This document shows positions 40,101 through 53,500 of a stretch of 64,000 nucleotides of DNA, piece by piece. Below the pieces are notes generated by a model. That model saw nothing but the letters and a program-made list of their open reading frames with translations, was not told where the DNA came from and searched no databases. The DNA is from Geosiphon pyriformis uo1 (lineage: Eukaryota; Fungi; Glomeromycota): NCBI GenBank assembly GCA_016748015.1, contig JAAOMT010000213.1, forward strand, positions 216,485-280,484, in the 5' to 3' direction. How positions within the stretch are numbered: the stretch's first letter is position 1; each line of letters begins with the position of its first letter. The position numbers were made by a program, and so were the translations under genes.

Positions 40101-43100
40101 GATAAGTTTGTTATAGCCAAGAGGTTTTCAGATCTGAACATTATGTGAAATATTGTTTACAAAGTGATGTGTTTTTTGGTAAATAAGGTTTTCAAAAAGA
40201 GATGATTTAAGGTCTATGATGATATTTTCACCAAGAAATTTTCTAAGTTTTATAAGCTAAAAATTTTGGTATTAAGGATTGTTAAGTGTTTGTATAAGAG
40301 TGTTAATGGTGCTTTTGAGTTTTTAATAGACTACTGGGCATCTTTGAATATTAATAAGGCTTTGCCTATACAGGCTTTGTTGGATTTTGGTACGAATTTT
40401 AATTGTGTATATTCAGCTTTTTTTAGTATAAGAAAATCATATTATGCCTCTAAGTTTGCTAAATTTTTGCAAGCTGAGAAGTTAAAAATTAAGTTAGCTA
40501 TTAATAAACAAATAGAAAATTTTGCAATCAATAAGAGTTACATAATTAGGAGCATGCTTGAGTGTCTTTTTTGGAAGATGATTTTAAACTATTTAATTAT
40601 TGAAGATGAATTAATTTTAAAATCTGAGCTGGTTAAGACCAAGATAAACATAATTATGGAGAGCTAAACTAGGAAGCATAAAGTGGTGTTAAATCTCTTT
40701 GATGATTGGTCTCATCAATATTGGTCTTTGGAATATATTTTTGATAATGCTTTCTCAAATGTGATGTGTTCAGTTAGTTTTAATAAGTTGCTTGGTGTGA
40801 TTTCTGATCTGTTTAATGGCAAAGCTGTTGGTCTTTCTGGAATCTTAAATAAGCTCTGAAAGCATTGCAATAGGTCAGTCTTGGATATGCTTTTGGTGCT
40901 TTTGAATTTTTGTTTGTTTTGCGAATTAGTGCCCAGTGCTTAAAAAAAAGCTTGGGTTTCAATAATTCTCAAGCCATATGAGTGGAAAGATGTTCTTACA
41001 AATACTCAACCTATTGCTTTAATTAAGACTGTTTGTAAAATTCTCTTCAAAATTTTTTTAGACAGAATTTCATCAGTATACAGTACTTTTGATGTTTTAC
41101 ATAAGGACAATTTCTCAGTATTGAAGAGCATGACAACACAATTTTCTATTTTTGTCATTGGTTTAGTCATTGAGAATGCTTTGGAAAAGAATCATAAACT
41201 TTGACTGGTCTTTTAGAATATGTGAAAAGCCTACAATTTTATTGAATGGAAGCATCTTAAAAAAAGCTTGGTCAAAATAAAAATGTGTGACAAGTTTATT
41301 AAATTTTTTGGTGGCATTTACAATAATCATGTTAACAGGGTTATAACTAATTTTGAGTTGACAGATGAATATTGAATTCATGATAGTCTTGATTAAGAAG
41401 AGGTGTTTTCGTTTTTTCTGTGATGTATATTTTATAACTTTTTTTTGTGTAAAGTCAAGAAACAAGAAAGCATGTATGGGTACAAGTTGGACTTTCACTT
41501 TGTTGCTAAAACTGGTCACATGAAATCTCAGGTTGGTTTAACATTTTTTTTCACTGCTGGTGCTTTTGTTGATAATACTATCTGAGTTGGTAACAGTTAG
41601 ACTATTACCCAACATATTCTCAATGTTGCTAGTAAGTTTTTTTGAATCAATAACATTTCTATAAACAATGACAAAACAGTGACTATTCTCATCAATTGCA
41701 AAGTCAGAAACTCTTTTTTGTTAATTAGCAGTTTGCCTATTTTTATTGCCAAAAAGAGAGAATCTCATTATTATTTAGGTATTTTTCTGTTTACTGAAGG
41801 AATGTTAAAGCCTAGTCTGGTCAAAGCACATTTGAATATCTGGTTCTTTTCTAACATTGTTTTAAAAAAGGTCATTTTAGATAAACAGTTTTCTTATTTG
41901 GTGTCAGCAGTTTTCTATCTTATTGTTAGCTATTAAACACAATTCAGCTTTGTCTCTATTAGTGTATGTAGTAAGAGGGATGTTTTGATTCACAAAGGCC
42001 TGAAGTTAAAAGCCAGTTTACCTCTTGATTTTTTTAGTGATGTTCTCTACTATTCTTTTTTGTATAGTTTCAAAACTTTTGAACAGATCCAAGCTAAGGG
42101 CAAGTTGGTTTCCATTTTGTGTTTTGTAAACTCTGGTGGGATTTTGGATTAACTGTTTTTATACAGGTTTTATGACTTACAAATTCTGTGCTGGCATCTG
42201 ATTTATTCTTTGGTTTTTCTGGCTTGTATTAGGGTCAGTCTATCTAATAATTTTTTGGCTGGTGTGGTTCATATTTTTCTAGAATACAATTTGTCCTTGA
42301 GTGGTCCAATGAGCAATTCTTTCTGTTTTCAGAGTAGCACTCCCATGTTAATTGTTCTTAGCAAGTCTAAGTTCATCAGGTTTCTTCCCTTACTTTGGTA
42401 ATATGGCATAGCATTTGTTGAGCAGCTTCACAGTCATAATAGTACTATTTTTGATTGGAAAACCTTCAAATGTTGGAAAAGATTAGATCCACATGACTTT
42501 GTTTCTGACTGGTTTAAGCTTTCTGTTAAATTCTTAAGTGGTGTGGTTTTTACTCTTATCTGCTTATTTTTTTTGGATGTTGTTAAATCTTTAAATACTT
42601 TGGGGTTTCATGAGTTTGGAGTTGTTCATGATAGTTTGTTAAATGTTGTGGCTAATTGTTTTTCTGTATATACAAATAGGTTTTTAAAAGACATAAGAAG
42701 TGCTAACATAAGGGCTGATGTGGCAACTTTCTTTAAGAACATAAGCTTGGGTTTGGGAGTGGGAATTTCTGATTTGATTTTCTCTACTTTGGCAGAGTTG
42801 CAAGCTATTGCATTGGCTCTTGAGTACACTCTTCTTTACAGCTCAATTCACATTATGACAAACAATCAGGCTGTTTTGGATGTATGCAAACTAGAATTGG
42901 GTCTAGCAAGTCCGAATTTTCAGAATCAGTATTGGGTTAAATGTTAGCACATCAAAAATATTGTTCATAAAAAAAATTTAAATATTAGCTAGTGCAAAGT
43001 AAAGAGTTATTCAGGTATCTTGGATAATAAATATGCTGATGCTGCTTTTTTTTCTTCCTGGTATCTTCTCTTTAGATTAGAAAAATGTTACTTGTTGGCT

Positions 43101-44070
43101 GAAAGTAGTGTAGTTTTTGGTAGTTCTAGACATTTTGTTTATAGAGTCTTTCAATCTATTCATCATATACATTGGAAAGTTGGTTCAGGTTCTAAGACTT
43201 TGGATAATAGTTTGTTTTTGAACATTGATTGGCTTAGCTTGTCTTTGGTGTAACATTCTAATTTGTATATAACTGCTGGTTTTACTAGTAAGTCTATTGT
43301 TGGTGCTCACATATATTTTATAAAAACTTTGTATTATTTGTTAGTAGCAGTTTGAAAGTGCCTATACAACAAATGTTATCCTAATGTATTGTGTCTGTAT
43401 TGTGGTGATATTAAAATCTCAGATCATGTTTTTTCTTGTGTGGTTAATATCTCTGTCTGTTATCAATTGTTAGATGTCTATGCTGATATATGGGGCATAA
43501 TTTCTGGTCTTTCTTAGTTCTCTTCATGTGTATCTTAATTATTGAACTCTTGTGATTCAAATATTGCAATATGTACAGCTCTTTGTAAAGATTTTGTTTT
43601 TAAAGATTGGCTTTAAGAGACTATATCTGTTTTCAGGAATTCCAAAATTGCAAGACTAAAGATTGTAAACTTTTTACATAACTTTTGTCTTGCTTTTAGA
43701 GATGATGTTTGGTTGGTTCATGTTAAGTATCATGCTTTTATAGAAAAAAATGGGCTAACATCAAGTGATGATTTGGCTTCAGTTTTGGTTTTTGGATTTT
43801 TATTGATGTTATCTGCTAATGTGGTTAGGTTGCTTGGTATTGTTGAGATATTTGGAGCTAGTTTTGGATTTTGTAAATCTTGTTTATTTTTTTCAGATGT
43901 TGGTAATCTAGTTTCAGTTTATATAGGTGTTTAGTGTTGTCTTAATTGGCTTAAGTGACTGGTTACATGTAAAAAATGTATAATTTACACCTATTTTAGA
44001 TTGATTATTTGATGTATTGTACTAAGAAGTGTTTGGATTTTATTTGTTAAATGAATAAAAAAAATAATAA
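37187..44070 (+). mobile_element. Full-length LINE copy 3, intermediate decay (ORF1 ~37313-39265, ORF2 ~39262-43934)
   Basis: Collinear APE/RT/RNase H remnants (GDFNE, AFVDN, TLAELQAI), C-terminus VSVYIGV, A-rich tail at ~44054-44070. No clear TSD, so the ends are approximate. Confidence 0.9.
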
Positions 44071-44569
44071 TCATATATTATTAATATTAATTGTAATTAT
44101 GATTAATATAATTAGATATATATTAATTAATTACATTTTTTAATACCTATTTTTGAATAATAATTACAGATCTGAAATATTTAAACTACATAAATAAGAA
44201 TATAAAAATCTTAAAATATAATAAAATCTATTGTTATTAGATTATATATGTTAATTCTTAATTTTTATTAATGTTTTTTAGTTTGTTAAGATTTTTTTGT
44301 ATTTAATTTAATTAAACAATTAGATTGTACCATATTTTTTTGTCATTATTAAGCTAATTGCTGATCTTTTATTTGTTATTTGCCAGCTAATTTTGTTAAT
44401 TAAATATAATAAAGTAGATTTTTTATATATATTTTTAATAGTAATTTTTATAATATGTGTTGTAATTTTTGTATTAAAAAATTGTAAAAATTTTTAATGA
44501 TACCAAAAAAATTAATAAACTCAATCTTGAAAATTTAAACACTTTTTAACAAATACAATTTAAAGTTTT

Positions 44570-45420
44570 GCTAAATTAATATGCTAATATTTTTGCTAAT
44601 AAAAACAAATTTGAACATATTAATATTATAAAACACAAAATTAATATTAGAAATACCAAATCAATTAAACAACAAGTTTATTGAATTATTTTAGATAAAA
44701 ACAACTTAATTAAGCAAAAAATATAGTAAATATTAAACAATGACTTAATAAAAAAATTATTAAGCTTATAGTCTTTATCTGTTATTTTAATTACAAAAAA
44801 AATAAAAAAATCTGTTTTTATATTAATTATTAAAAACTCAATAATATTATTCAAGAAAATAATTATTTGACTTTTTTTATCCAGAAAATTTTAAACAACT
44901 TGAAAAATAAGAAATATTTTTTATTATTAAATTTAGCCAGTAAATATTAACAAGTTAAAATTAGATTCTATTAACAAAAAAAAACTGTTTTTATTACACA
45001 AAATAAAAATTTTGAGTTTAATGTAATGTCTTTTAAACTCTGTAATATTCCAGTTACTTTTCAATGTTTAATAGATGTTGTTTATAAAAAAATCTTGTAA
45101 AAGTCAGTTGTTATTTATTTAGATAACACCAATGTGTTTTTAAAGATTTTTAATGATTATTTACTCCACTTTTAACAAATTTTTAACTGTTTTCGAAATA
45201 CAGAACTCAACTCTAATAAATGTTTCTTTGAAAAAATTGAGCTTAAATTTTTGGAACATATTATTGAAAAAATGAAATAAAATCTGATTCAAATAAAGTT
45301 TAAAAGAGTAAGAATTTTTTTGTTTTAATTAATCTCTAAGAATTATAAATTTTTTTAGAACTTACTAAATATTATCACTATTTTATTAAAAATTTTTTGA
45401 ATATTACCAAATCTTTTTGT
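44570..45420 (+). mobile_element. Highly decayed Ty3 reverse transcriptase relic
   Basis: Residual motifs KHKIN..IKQQVY, NLASKY*QV (DLASGYWQV), KTVFITQ, FNVMSFKLCNIPVTFQ (VMPFGLCNAPATFQ), IYLDN, KFLEHII. Confidence 0.85.
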
Positions 45421-46938
45421 TTTTGATAATATTTGAAAAATAATTTTTATTTATTAAAAGTTTTTTGAATAAATAATATTACTTAAGTAAAAAACTAATC
45501 AAAAATTTATTGAAAAATATAATTAATATGTAATAATACAAAATAATACAGAATAATATAAAATAACATAAAATAATATACAATAATGCAAAATAATACA
45601 AAATAACTAACAATAATTAATTATAACATAAAAAAGCAAAACAATAACTAATTAACAAGCAATAGTTAATAATAATAAACAATTAAAAGCAATTTTGTAA
45701 AATTAAAAAATATATATAAAAATAAATAATTATAATAAACAGAAAAAAACAGAATTGAATTTACTTTAGTACTTAATAATATCTTTAGATCTATTATTTT
45801 TATTATATTTTTTTATATTTTTTATTATTTAAATAAAAATATTATTAATTTATTTAAACTTATAATTTTGAAAACTTGTTATTGAAATTTGATTTTTCAT
45901 TAAAATTAGTTATTTCTATTCTAAACCAAATATAATTAGCATAAAAACTTTTGATTCTTAATGACTTAAATTAATTATTTTTGATTATAACAATTAATAA
46001 AAAACTAATTTTTTTATTTTTTTAAAGAGTAGTAATATTGAAAATTAATTGTCTTGAAATTAATCTTTATAATAATTTGGTAAAAAAAAAAGCTTTCTCT
46101 AAAGTATTAAATATTAACTTTATCTTATTAACTTATTAAAAAAACAAAAAAATATTATTAAATTTTAACAATTGTAATTAATTAATATAGAATAAAACTA
46201 TTATAATAATATAATTACTAATACAATATTTATGTATTTTATAACTAAAAAACTCAATAAGTAAAACTAAAATTACAACAAAATTTTAAGACTAATAGAT
46301 TAATTTATTAAAAAACCAAATATAGCTATAAGATTTTTAAGCTTTTATTTTTACTTTAAAAAAATAGCTTCTATTTTTAAAACTTAAGCACCAAATATTA
46401 TAATACTATTAACCAAATTTACTTGTAACAATAGTGTTTACTCTAATACTTGATATTATATTTAAGTTTAAATTAGTTTTAGTTACTTTTTTATTTTATT
46501 TGTTGTCTGATTTTGTTAAATTTAAATTAGTTTTAAAAAACAATATTAAGTTGTTTTGTGTAGATTTTGCTTTTAAAGCTTTTTTTAGTTACTGCTATTA
46601 AAATTTTTATTAGTAATTCTCTTTTTTTAATTACACTTAAGATTGCAAAATTTTTTGTAATAACTTTTGGTTTTTTTTTTCTATTTTTGTTGTATTTTAT
46701 AATGTTTTTTTTAACATATTTTTTAATAATATTAAAAATGTTTTTGGTATTTTTAGTGTTGTTACTTTAATTAAATTAAAGTTTATTAATTTGTAACAAT
46801 ATGCTGTTGTATTAAAAAAACTTCTTTCTTTTATACATCCCAAATTCTCTAAAGAGCACAATTTTGAAAGAAGTTTTTTGTTTTTTCTATCTGTTTTATT
46901 TCACTATTTCTTTTACACATAACCTATTTGTTGTGGAT

Positions 46939-48818
46939 ATGGAGGCTGCCTCTAGTGGCAGTTTGTCAGGTTCGAAGGCCCCCTTGGGTGCTTTCTTTGG
47001 TCCTGCTGGTGGCTTCTTTTCACAAAAAAAAAGGGTTTCTCTTCACAATGTCAAGCATTCTGGTGTTAAAGGTGGTGTTTTTTTGGCCAAACTTCATTTT
47101 GATAGGGGCATATACTCTAATATAGAAAGTGATTCTAATAGTAGTATTGTTGATGACATCCTGGTTGGTAGTAGTGATAAATCTTTTCTCAGTTCAGCTG
47201 CTACTACTCTTAAGGCAAAAAGAGTTAAAAATGGTTTGGTCTGTGGTTCCCCTCTTGGTTCTCTGGATTATGACATGGATGATGATGATGGTGGTTTCCT
47301 CTCTCCTCTTCTTGGTATTTCTTTGGAAAGAAAGTGGTTAGATCCCAAAATAGTCAAAACTCAGGTGGAAGTTGCTGTGAAAAAATCTTTTGCTTTGGAC
47401 ATTAATCTCTCAGCTGTGAAAGGCAAATCGACTACAGCCAAAACTCAGATCATTAGAAAATTGTTTTCGAAAATCAATGGTTTTGGGGGGCCACTACCCC
47501 CTCAAAATTTGAAGGGATCATCAGATCAATGTTTATTTCATTAGAGAGCATGAAAAAAGCCGTCTTATTGGCCAGGGAAAATAATATCATGGTAAACAGT
47601 GATCTTAAGAGACAAGAAATTTGTTCAGATCGGGCCGTAGTAATCAAAGAAATTCCCATGAACATGCCAAAAAAAATGATAGTTGCTGCAGTATCCGAGT
47701 TTGGTCAAGTAGTGTCAATCCGATTGCAATTCATTGGGCTGTGGCAGAAGGCTGTAGTAGAGTTTGCCAAATCAAGTCAGACAGATCAGTTGGCAGCTAA
47801 GTGGTCTTTCTTGATCGGAAAAAATTCAGTGCATGTGACCAAGACTGTGGAAGATCATAAGACATGGGCATCTAGAGATCGGTATAAGGCGCTTTTGTTT
47901 ACTTTGCCAGTAAGAACAATGGCTTATGATCTTGGTGATTTTTTGGCAAGAGCTGGTGGGAAAACTTGTGTCATAAATTGATCCTTAGACACTGACAATA
48001 GAGTTCATTGTGCTGTGGTTTGTTTTGAGAATGACGAGGTATTGGAGTCTGCATTTTATGCGGAGTCTGTTTTTGGTGGGGTGGAACTTTCTTGGGCTAA
48101 ATTGGACCTAGTTTAGTGTGAACAGTGTGGAAAACTTGGTTATTCTGTTCTAAAGTGTGGTGCTGAGATCTCAACTCCTCTTAAACTTTCCAAGTCATTT
48201 AAAAGAGTTGTCTTTGATAAAAACCACCTCCAGTTGGCCAAGCTGTATGTGAAAAAGAGTGTGCCTATTTCTTGACTGGCTGCATTTGGCAGCAAATCAT
48301 GGGCCCAGGTTGTTTCTCTGGTATCTTCGTCTAATGGTCTTCACTTTGGTTCTGGTTCTGGTTTTGGCTTTTCTTCTGGTGCCTCAGGTGTGATTAGTCA
48401 CTTGTCTTCTGTGGTTCCTGTTTATTCAATTTTGGAAACTCGTCTCGCTTTTTTGGAGTGTTTTTTGGAACTTTTCACAGATAGGGTGTCTGGTATTGTA
48501 AACAAACTTGACAATTTAAGCCTGGTGCCTATAACTTTCATTTCCTCTTCTTAGCCCTTGGTTATTCCTGTTATGGCAAATATGAAGATTGGTTCGGATA
48601 TGGTTCTGGATGATTTTAAGCCTGTGGTTCTTCCTCCCTTTTCAGTTTTCTCTGGTGTCTCAAATTTGGGTTTGAGTGGTTCAAAAATTTTGACTTCAAA
48701 AGTGGGCTTTTTGGAGTTGAAGTTGATGGCGCTCAAAGCTTTGGTTTGTTTGGTATTGGAGAAGTTAAATCAGATGTGTGCTGGTTCGGGTTTTGCAGTC
48801 TCTTCTTTATCTCAATGA
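46939..48818 (+). pseudogene. LINE copy 4 ORF1
   Basis: MEAASSGS...KKSFALDINL...AVVIKEIPMNMPK...KAVVEF; one frameshift near 47490 and several stops. Confidence 0.88.
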
Positions 48819-51800
48819 ACAGTTTGGTTTGGAGAATTGTGACATGTAATGTGAAGGGCATGAATATTCTTGCCAAACAGGACAATGTAGTTAGATGGCA
48901 CATGGACTCTGGAAATGACATTTTTATCATTATGGAGACAAAGTTAAAATCTGGTGTTAAGCCGTGAATCATGAATAAGTTCTCTGGTGTTTGCATTTTC
49001 ACATTAAGGCTTGATACAGGTTCTTCTGATGCTGGCGTGGCTGTTATTATGAACTCTTCTGTGGCTCGGCATGTTTCAAAGATCAATGAAATTCCTGGTC
49101 AGTTGATTTCAATTAGGCTCTTGTTTAAGGACAAACTTTTGGTTACAATCTTGGGTATCTATGCAGATGTATCTGCTGGTGTGCGATTTGGTCAAGCTCT
49201 TACTGTCAACTTCTTGATTACTAGTGCTATCAACTCAAGTTCTTTTGTCATCTTGGGTGGGGACTTCAATGAATCAGATACTAAGAAAAGTGCTAGTCTC
49301 AGAAAATGCACGGATCTGAGTCTTGTTAATTCTTTCAAAGAACATTTTTTGGCTAGTTCACCTACGTGGAGCAACTCCAGAGGTGTGGAAAAAGTTATTG
49401 ATTATATTTTTGTTAGTGAAAACTTAGTTTCTGCTCTGATGAAGTGGAACATTGGCGTGATTACAGAGTTTTTTGACATGGATCATAAGATGATTTCAGT
49501 TTCAATTGGATTAAAGGGTCTTCTTAATGCTCAGCTAAATAGTATTTACAAACAGGCCAATAGAAACAGATGGAAGTTTGACTTTAAGGATGCTGACCCT
49601 TCCAAATGGTTACAGTTTAAGAATAATATGTCTGCTGCTCTGTCCTTGGTCATAGGCAGTTTTCTGAGTGCTAAGGTTTTCAGTAATTTGGATAAGATGT
49701 GAGACGTGTTGTGTGGAGTTATGGTAAGAGCCGTTGATGCTACGTTTTCTAGGCACTGGTTTAGCAAATTTGACTGTTCAAGAAACAGACATTCATTGAG
49801 ATTTTTTGGACTTGAATTGTTGGTGGCTAAGGTCATCAAGAGTTTGAATACAGGTGATAAGCGTAAGTGTGATTGTCTAATCAAGAGGTGGTTTCTGGTC
49901 AATTATAAAGAGGCTTTCAAGTTTGATTTTTTGGTTCAAAATAGGGCTGATTTGATGGAGGTGTTCAAGTATCTGTCTCAGGTTAGGAAGTGTTATAGGA
50001 AGTCTAAGTATTATGAATCCAGAATGACAAGGAATACAGTGATTCAAAGTGCCATTAATAAATGCATAGAGAATTTCAGTTCTAACAAAGGTGGCATAAT
50101 TAGGAATATTTTGGAGCGGTCTTTTTGTAAGGTTATTTTGGACCACTTGGTTATAGGCGATGAACTGGTTTTGGATCTAATTGAGGTAAAAAGCAGAGTC
50201 AACAGTATCATGGTTAACTGGATGAGGGAGTGTATTTCATCTTTAGTGATGTCTTCCAAATGGGCCCACCAATATGCGCCTTTGGATTATGTGAAAGATG
50301 ATGCCTTCTCTAATATTATGAATGACATCTATTTCAGTAAATTGGTGAATGTGATTTTGGGTCTACTTAATGGCAAAGTGGCTGGCCTGTCTGGTATCTC
50401 TAACGAGCTATAGAAACATTGTGGTGATGATATGCTTGAGTGTTTGTTGGGTTTCTTAAATTCTTGCCTAAATATCAGTGAGATTCCGGCTCTTTGGAAA
50501 AGAGCTTGGGTTTCTATGATTCCCAAACCATATGAATGGAATGGCATTCTTACAAATACAAGGCCCATTGCGTTAATCAAAACAGCCAGAAAGATATTTT
50601 CTAAATTATTGTCTGACCGTATTTCTTTGGTCTGTTTCAGATTTGATGTTTTCCAGAGTGACAATTTCTCAGTCCTAAAGGGTACTTCCACTCAATCTCC
50701 AGTTTTTGCTGTTGGTTTGATTGTGGAGGATGCTCTGAAGAAAAATAGAGAGGTTTGGTTGGTATTGCAGGATATGCATAAGGCCTATGATTCTGTTGGT
50801 TGGCAGCAGTTGGAAGCCAGTTTGAAGTGGATCAAAATGTGTGACAGATTTGTGTTGTTTTTCGGAAACTTACATGTAGGCAGGATTAATAGAGTGATAA
50901 CTGATTTTGGCCTCTTGGATGGATATTGTGTGCTGGATAGTTTGGATCAAAAAGAAGTCTTCTCTCCTCTCTTGTGGAGGATTTTTTATGACCCTTTGTT
51001 ATGCGAGGTTAAGGATCATAAACATTTATATGGTTACAGAATCAATACCAACTTTGTAACAAAATCTGGCTATATTGAATCTAGTGGTAGTTGGTCTTCA
51101 TTTTTTGTGGCAGGTGCATTTGTGGATGATACTATCTGAATTGGTAATGGTCAGGCATTGACACAACATATTTTGGATATTGCAGGCAAATTTTTTGAGG
51201 TCAATGATATTGCAATTAACAGTGAAAAAACTGTGGCAATTCCTATCAACAAAAGAGTTTCAGATGCATCTCTGCATATTAATGGACTATCTATCTCTAT
51301 TGCTAAACAGAGTGAGGCTCATAGATATCTGGGCATTTTTTTGTCGACTAACAGGTTGTCTAAGCCCAGTTTAGCCAAAGCTCAATCGGATGTTAGGTTC
51401 TTTTCCAATATGGTTCTCAGGAAAGCTTTGACAGATAAACAATTTGTGTACTTGGTGTCTTCAGTTCTGCAATCCATTGTCAGCTATTGCACATAATTCA
51501 GCTTTGTTTCTAAGAGTGTTTGCTTGAAATGGGATGTTATGTTGAGAAAGAGTCTCAAATTTAAAGCGAATTTGCCTCAAGATTTTTTCAGTGAGGCTTT
51601 ACATTATCCCTCTCTTTATGGCATAAGGACTTTTGAACAGATTTAGGCTGAAGAGAAGGTGGCTTCATTGGTTTGGTTCTCAAATGCGTCTGGTATTCTG
51701 GGACATTTATTTAAACACCATTTTTTGGATCTACAGATATTAGAGTGGGCTCTGTTAAACCTTTTGCGACATCCTATTAAGTTGAGAGTTAGTCCCTCTA

Positions 51801-53500
51801 ACAATTTTCTTGCTGTTATGATTAGAATTTTTTTGGACAATGATATATATCTGGCCAACAATTTGCTTTGTGCTTTTCATGGTGCTGGTCACTTCTCTGT
51901 GTTGACAATCTTGGGTAGCTCCTTTTATTTTGGTGTGGTCCCCTCTTTAAAGTGTTTTGGTGTTGTCTTTGGTGACAGATTATTGAGCAAAGATGGATCA
52001 GTTCTCAGTTGGAGGACTTTTTACCACTGAAAGAGACTAAGTTCCAGGGGTCCTGTACCCTTGTGGTACTCCAAAGTTTCTGCATACATGGATGATCACT
52101 GTCTCATTCCTGGTGGTCTGTCCACAGTCTCTAGTGGCTCAAACTTTTTTGATTTGGAAAGATATTTGGTTGTTCGGGAATGTTTACATGAATCCTGGTC
52201 TGATGTCTTTACAGTGTATACTGATGGTTCTCTGTCTTATTTGAGCACTGCCGAGATTGTGGGTGGGGCTGCAGCTTATTTTCCTGATGCTGGTATGAGT
52301 ATTGGCGTTGAGGTCAATGGGTTGCTTTCTTCTACTATGGCTGAACTTCATGCTGTTGTCCTGGCACTGGAATGTGTTCCTTTTTCATGCTCAGTTGTTA
52401 TTAACACCAATAGTCAGGCTACTATTGATGCATGTGCTTCAGAATTGGGTTTAATTGCTCCTGATTTCAGGAACAAATGTTGGGTGGAGAGGTGTTATAT
52501 TCGCAAGTTGATCGAGGATAAAGACTTTTCTGTTGGGTGGATGAAAGTGAAGAGCCATTTGGGTGATGCTCACAATGACAAGGCTAATGCTTTGGCTGGA
52601 TGTGCTGCTCACTCCAATTTGTCTCTTCCTATGTGTGTTCAAGAAAAGTATGTCATGGCTCGTGGTCAGGTTGTCTTGGACAATGCTCGACATTTTGTTC
52701 AGGATATTTATAGGTCTATCTGTCGTGCTCAATGGAAGGCTGGTCCTGGCTCTGTGGTGATTGATGAAGAGTTGATTGTGAGAGTTGATTGGAAGTGTAT
52801 GGTTTCAGTTTGGCACTTGAACTCTCATATGCTGTTGGGTTTTATAAGCCAAGCTTTAACTGTTCTCCATACCTATTTAATGAAAGTGGTCCATAGGAAG
52901 TTACTAGTTGCCGTTCATAAAAGGTTATATGATAAATGTTATTCTGGGGTTTTCTGTTTGATGTGTGGTAATGTTAAATTGTCAGATTATGTGTTTACTT
53001 GTCAAAGTGAGACAGCTGTACGTGCTGATATTTTGTTGGGCAGGACCACTTTTTGGAAGTCATTGCTGGTGGGCTGCTCTTTGGCATCCTCTCTTATGTT
53101 GCATACTCTGTTTGCTGGTTGTCATGATTCAGAGGTGTATATGCAATTATGTAAAGGCTTTGTACTAAGAGAATGGGTCAATGAAGCTACTGCATATTTC
53201 AAGGATCATAATTGGGCTGTTTTGGTGGTGGCTAATTTTGTTTGACACCTGGCAGAAAAACACCAGTGTGGTTTGTGGTTATCCAGAGCTAAGTTTAAAG
53301 TAAACATGGAACATTGTGGTTTGGTTTGTGCTTCGGAAATTCCCATTGGTCTTTCAGTTAATTCTATTAAACATTTGTCTGGTAAAATTGTTTGTCTTCT
53401 TGGAATTGATGAGGAGTTTGCCATCAGTTTTGGTTTGTGCAAGACTAATCTTTTTTTTTCTGGTATTTGTGATAGTGTCAAAGTTTACGTAGGTGTGTAG
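48815..53500 (+). pseudogene. LINE copy 4 ORF2 (APE-RT-RNase H-zinc finger)
   Basis: GGDFNE, NTRPIALI, QDMHKAYDSV, FSPLLW, AFVDDT, VYTDGS, MAELHA, WMKVKSH, CLMCG. Confidence 0.95.

Noticed and set aside
46567-46770. Hydrophobic 67-aa ORF resembling a membrane peptide
   Set aside because: It is an artefact of T-rich decayed repeat sequence and has no ATG start.
1437-53481. Many short antisense or off-frame ORFs over the LINEs and the Ty3 element (e.g. 3474..3809, 4242..4595, 26805..27068)
   Set aside because: These are shadows of TE reading frames and strand skew; they have no independent motifs.
3138-53500. In-frame TGA/TAG/TAA in TE ORFs as stop-codon recoding or an alternative genetic code
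   Set aside because: Stops fall at different positions in each copy, derive from TGG/CAR/CGA by transition, and host genes use standard stops.
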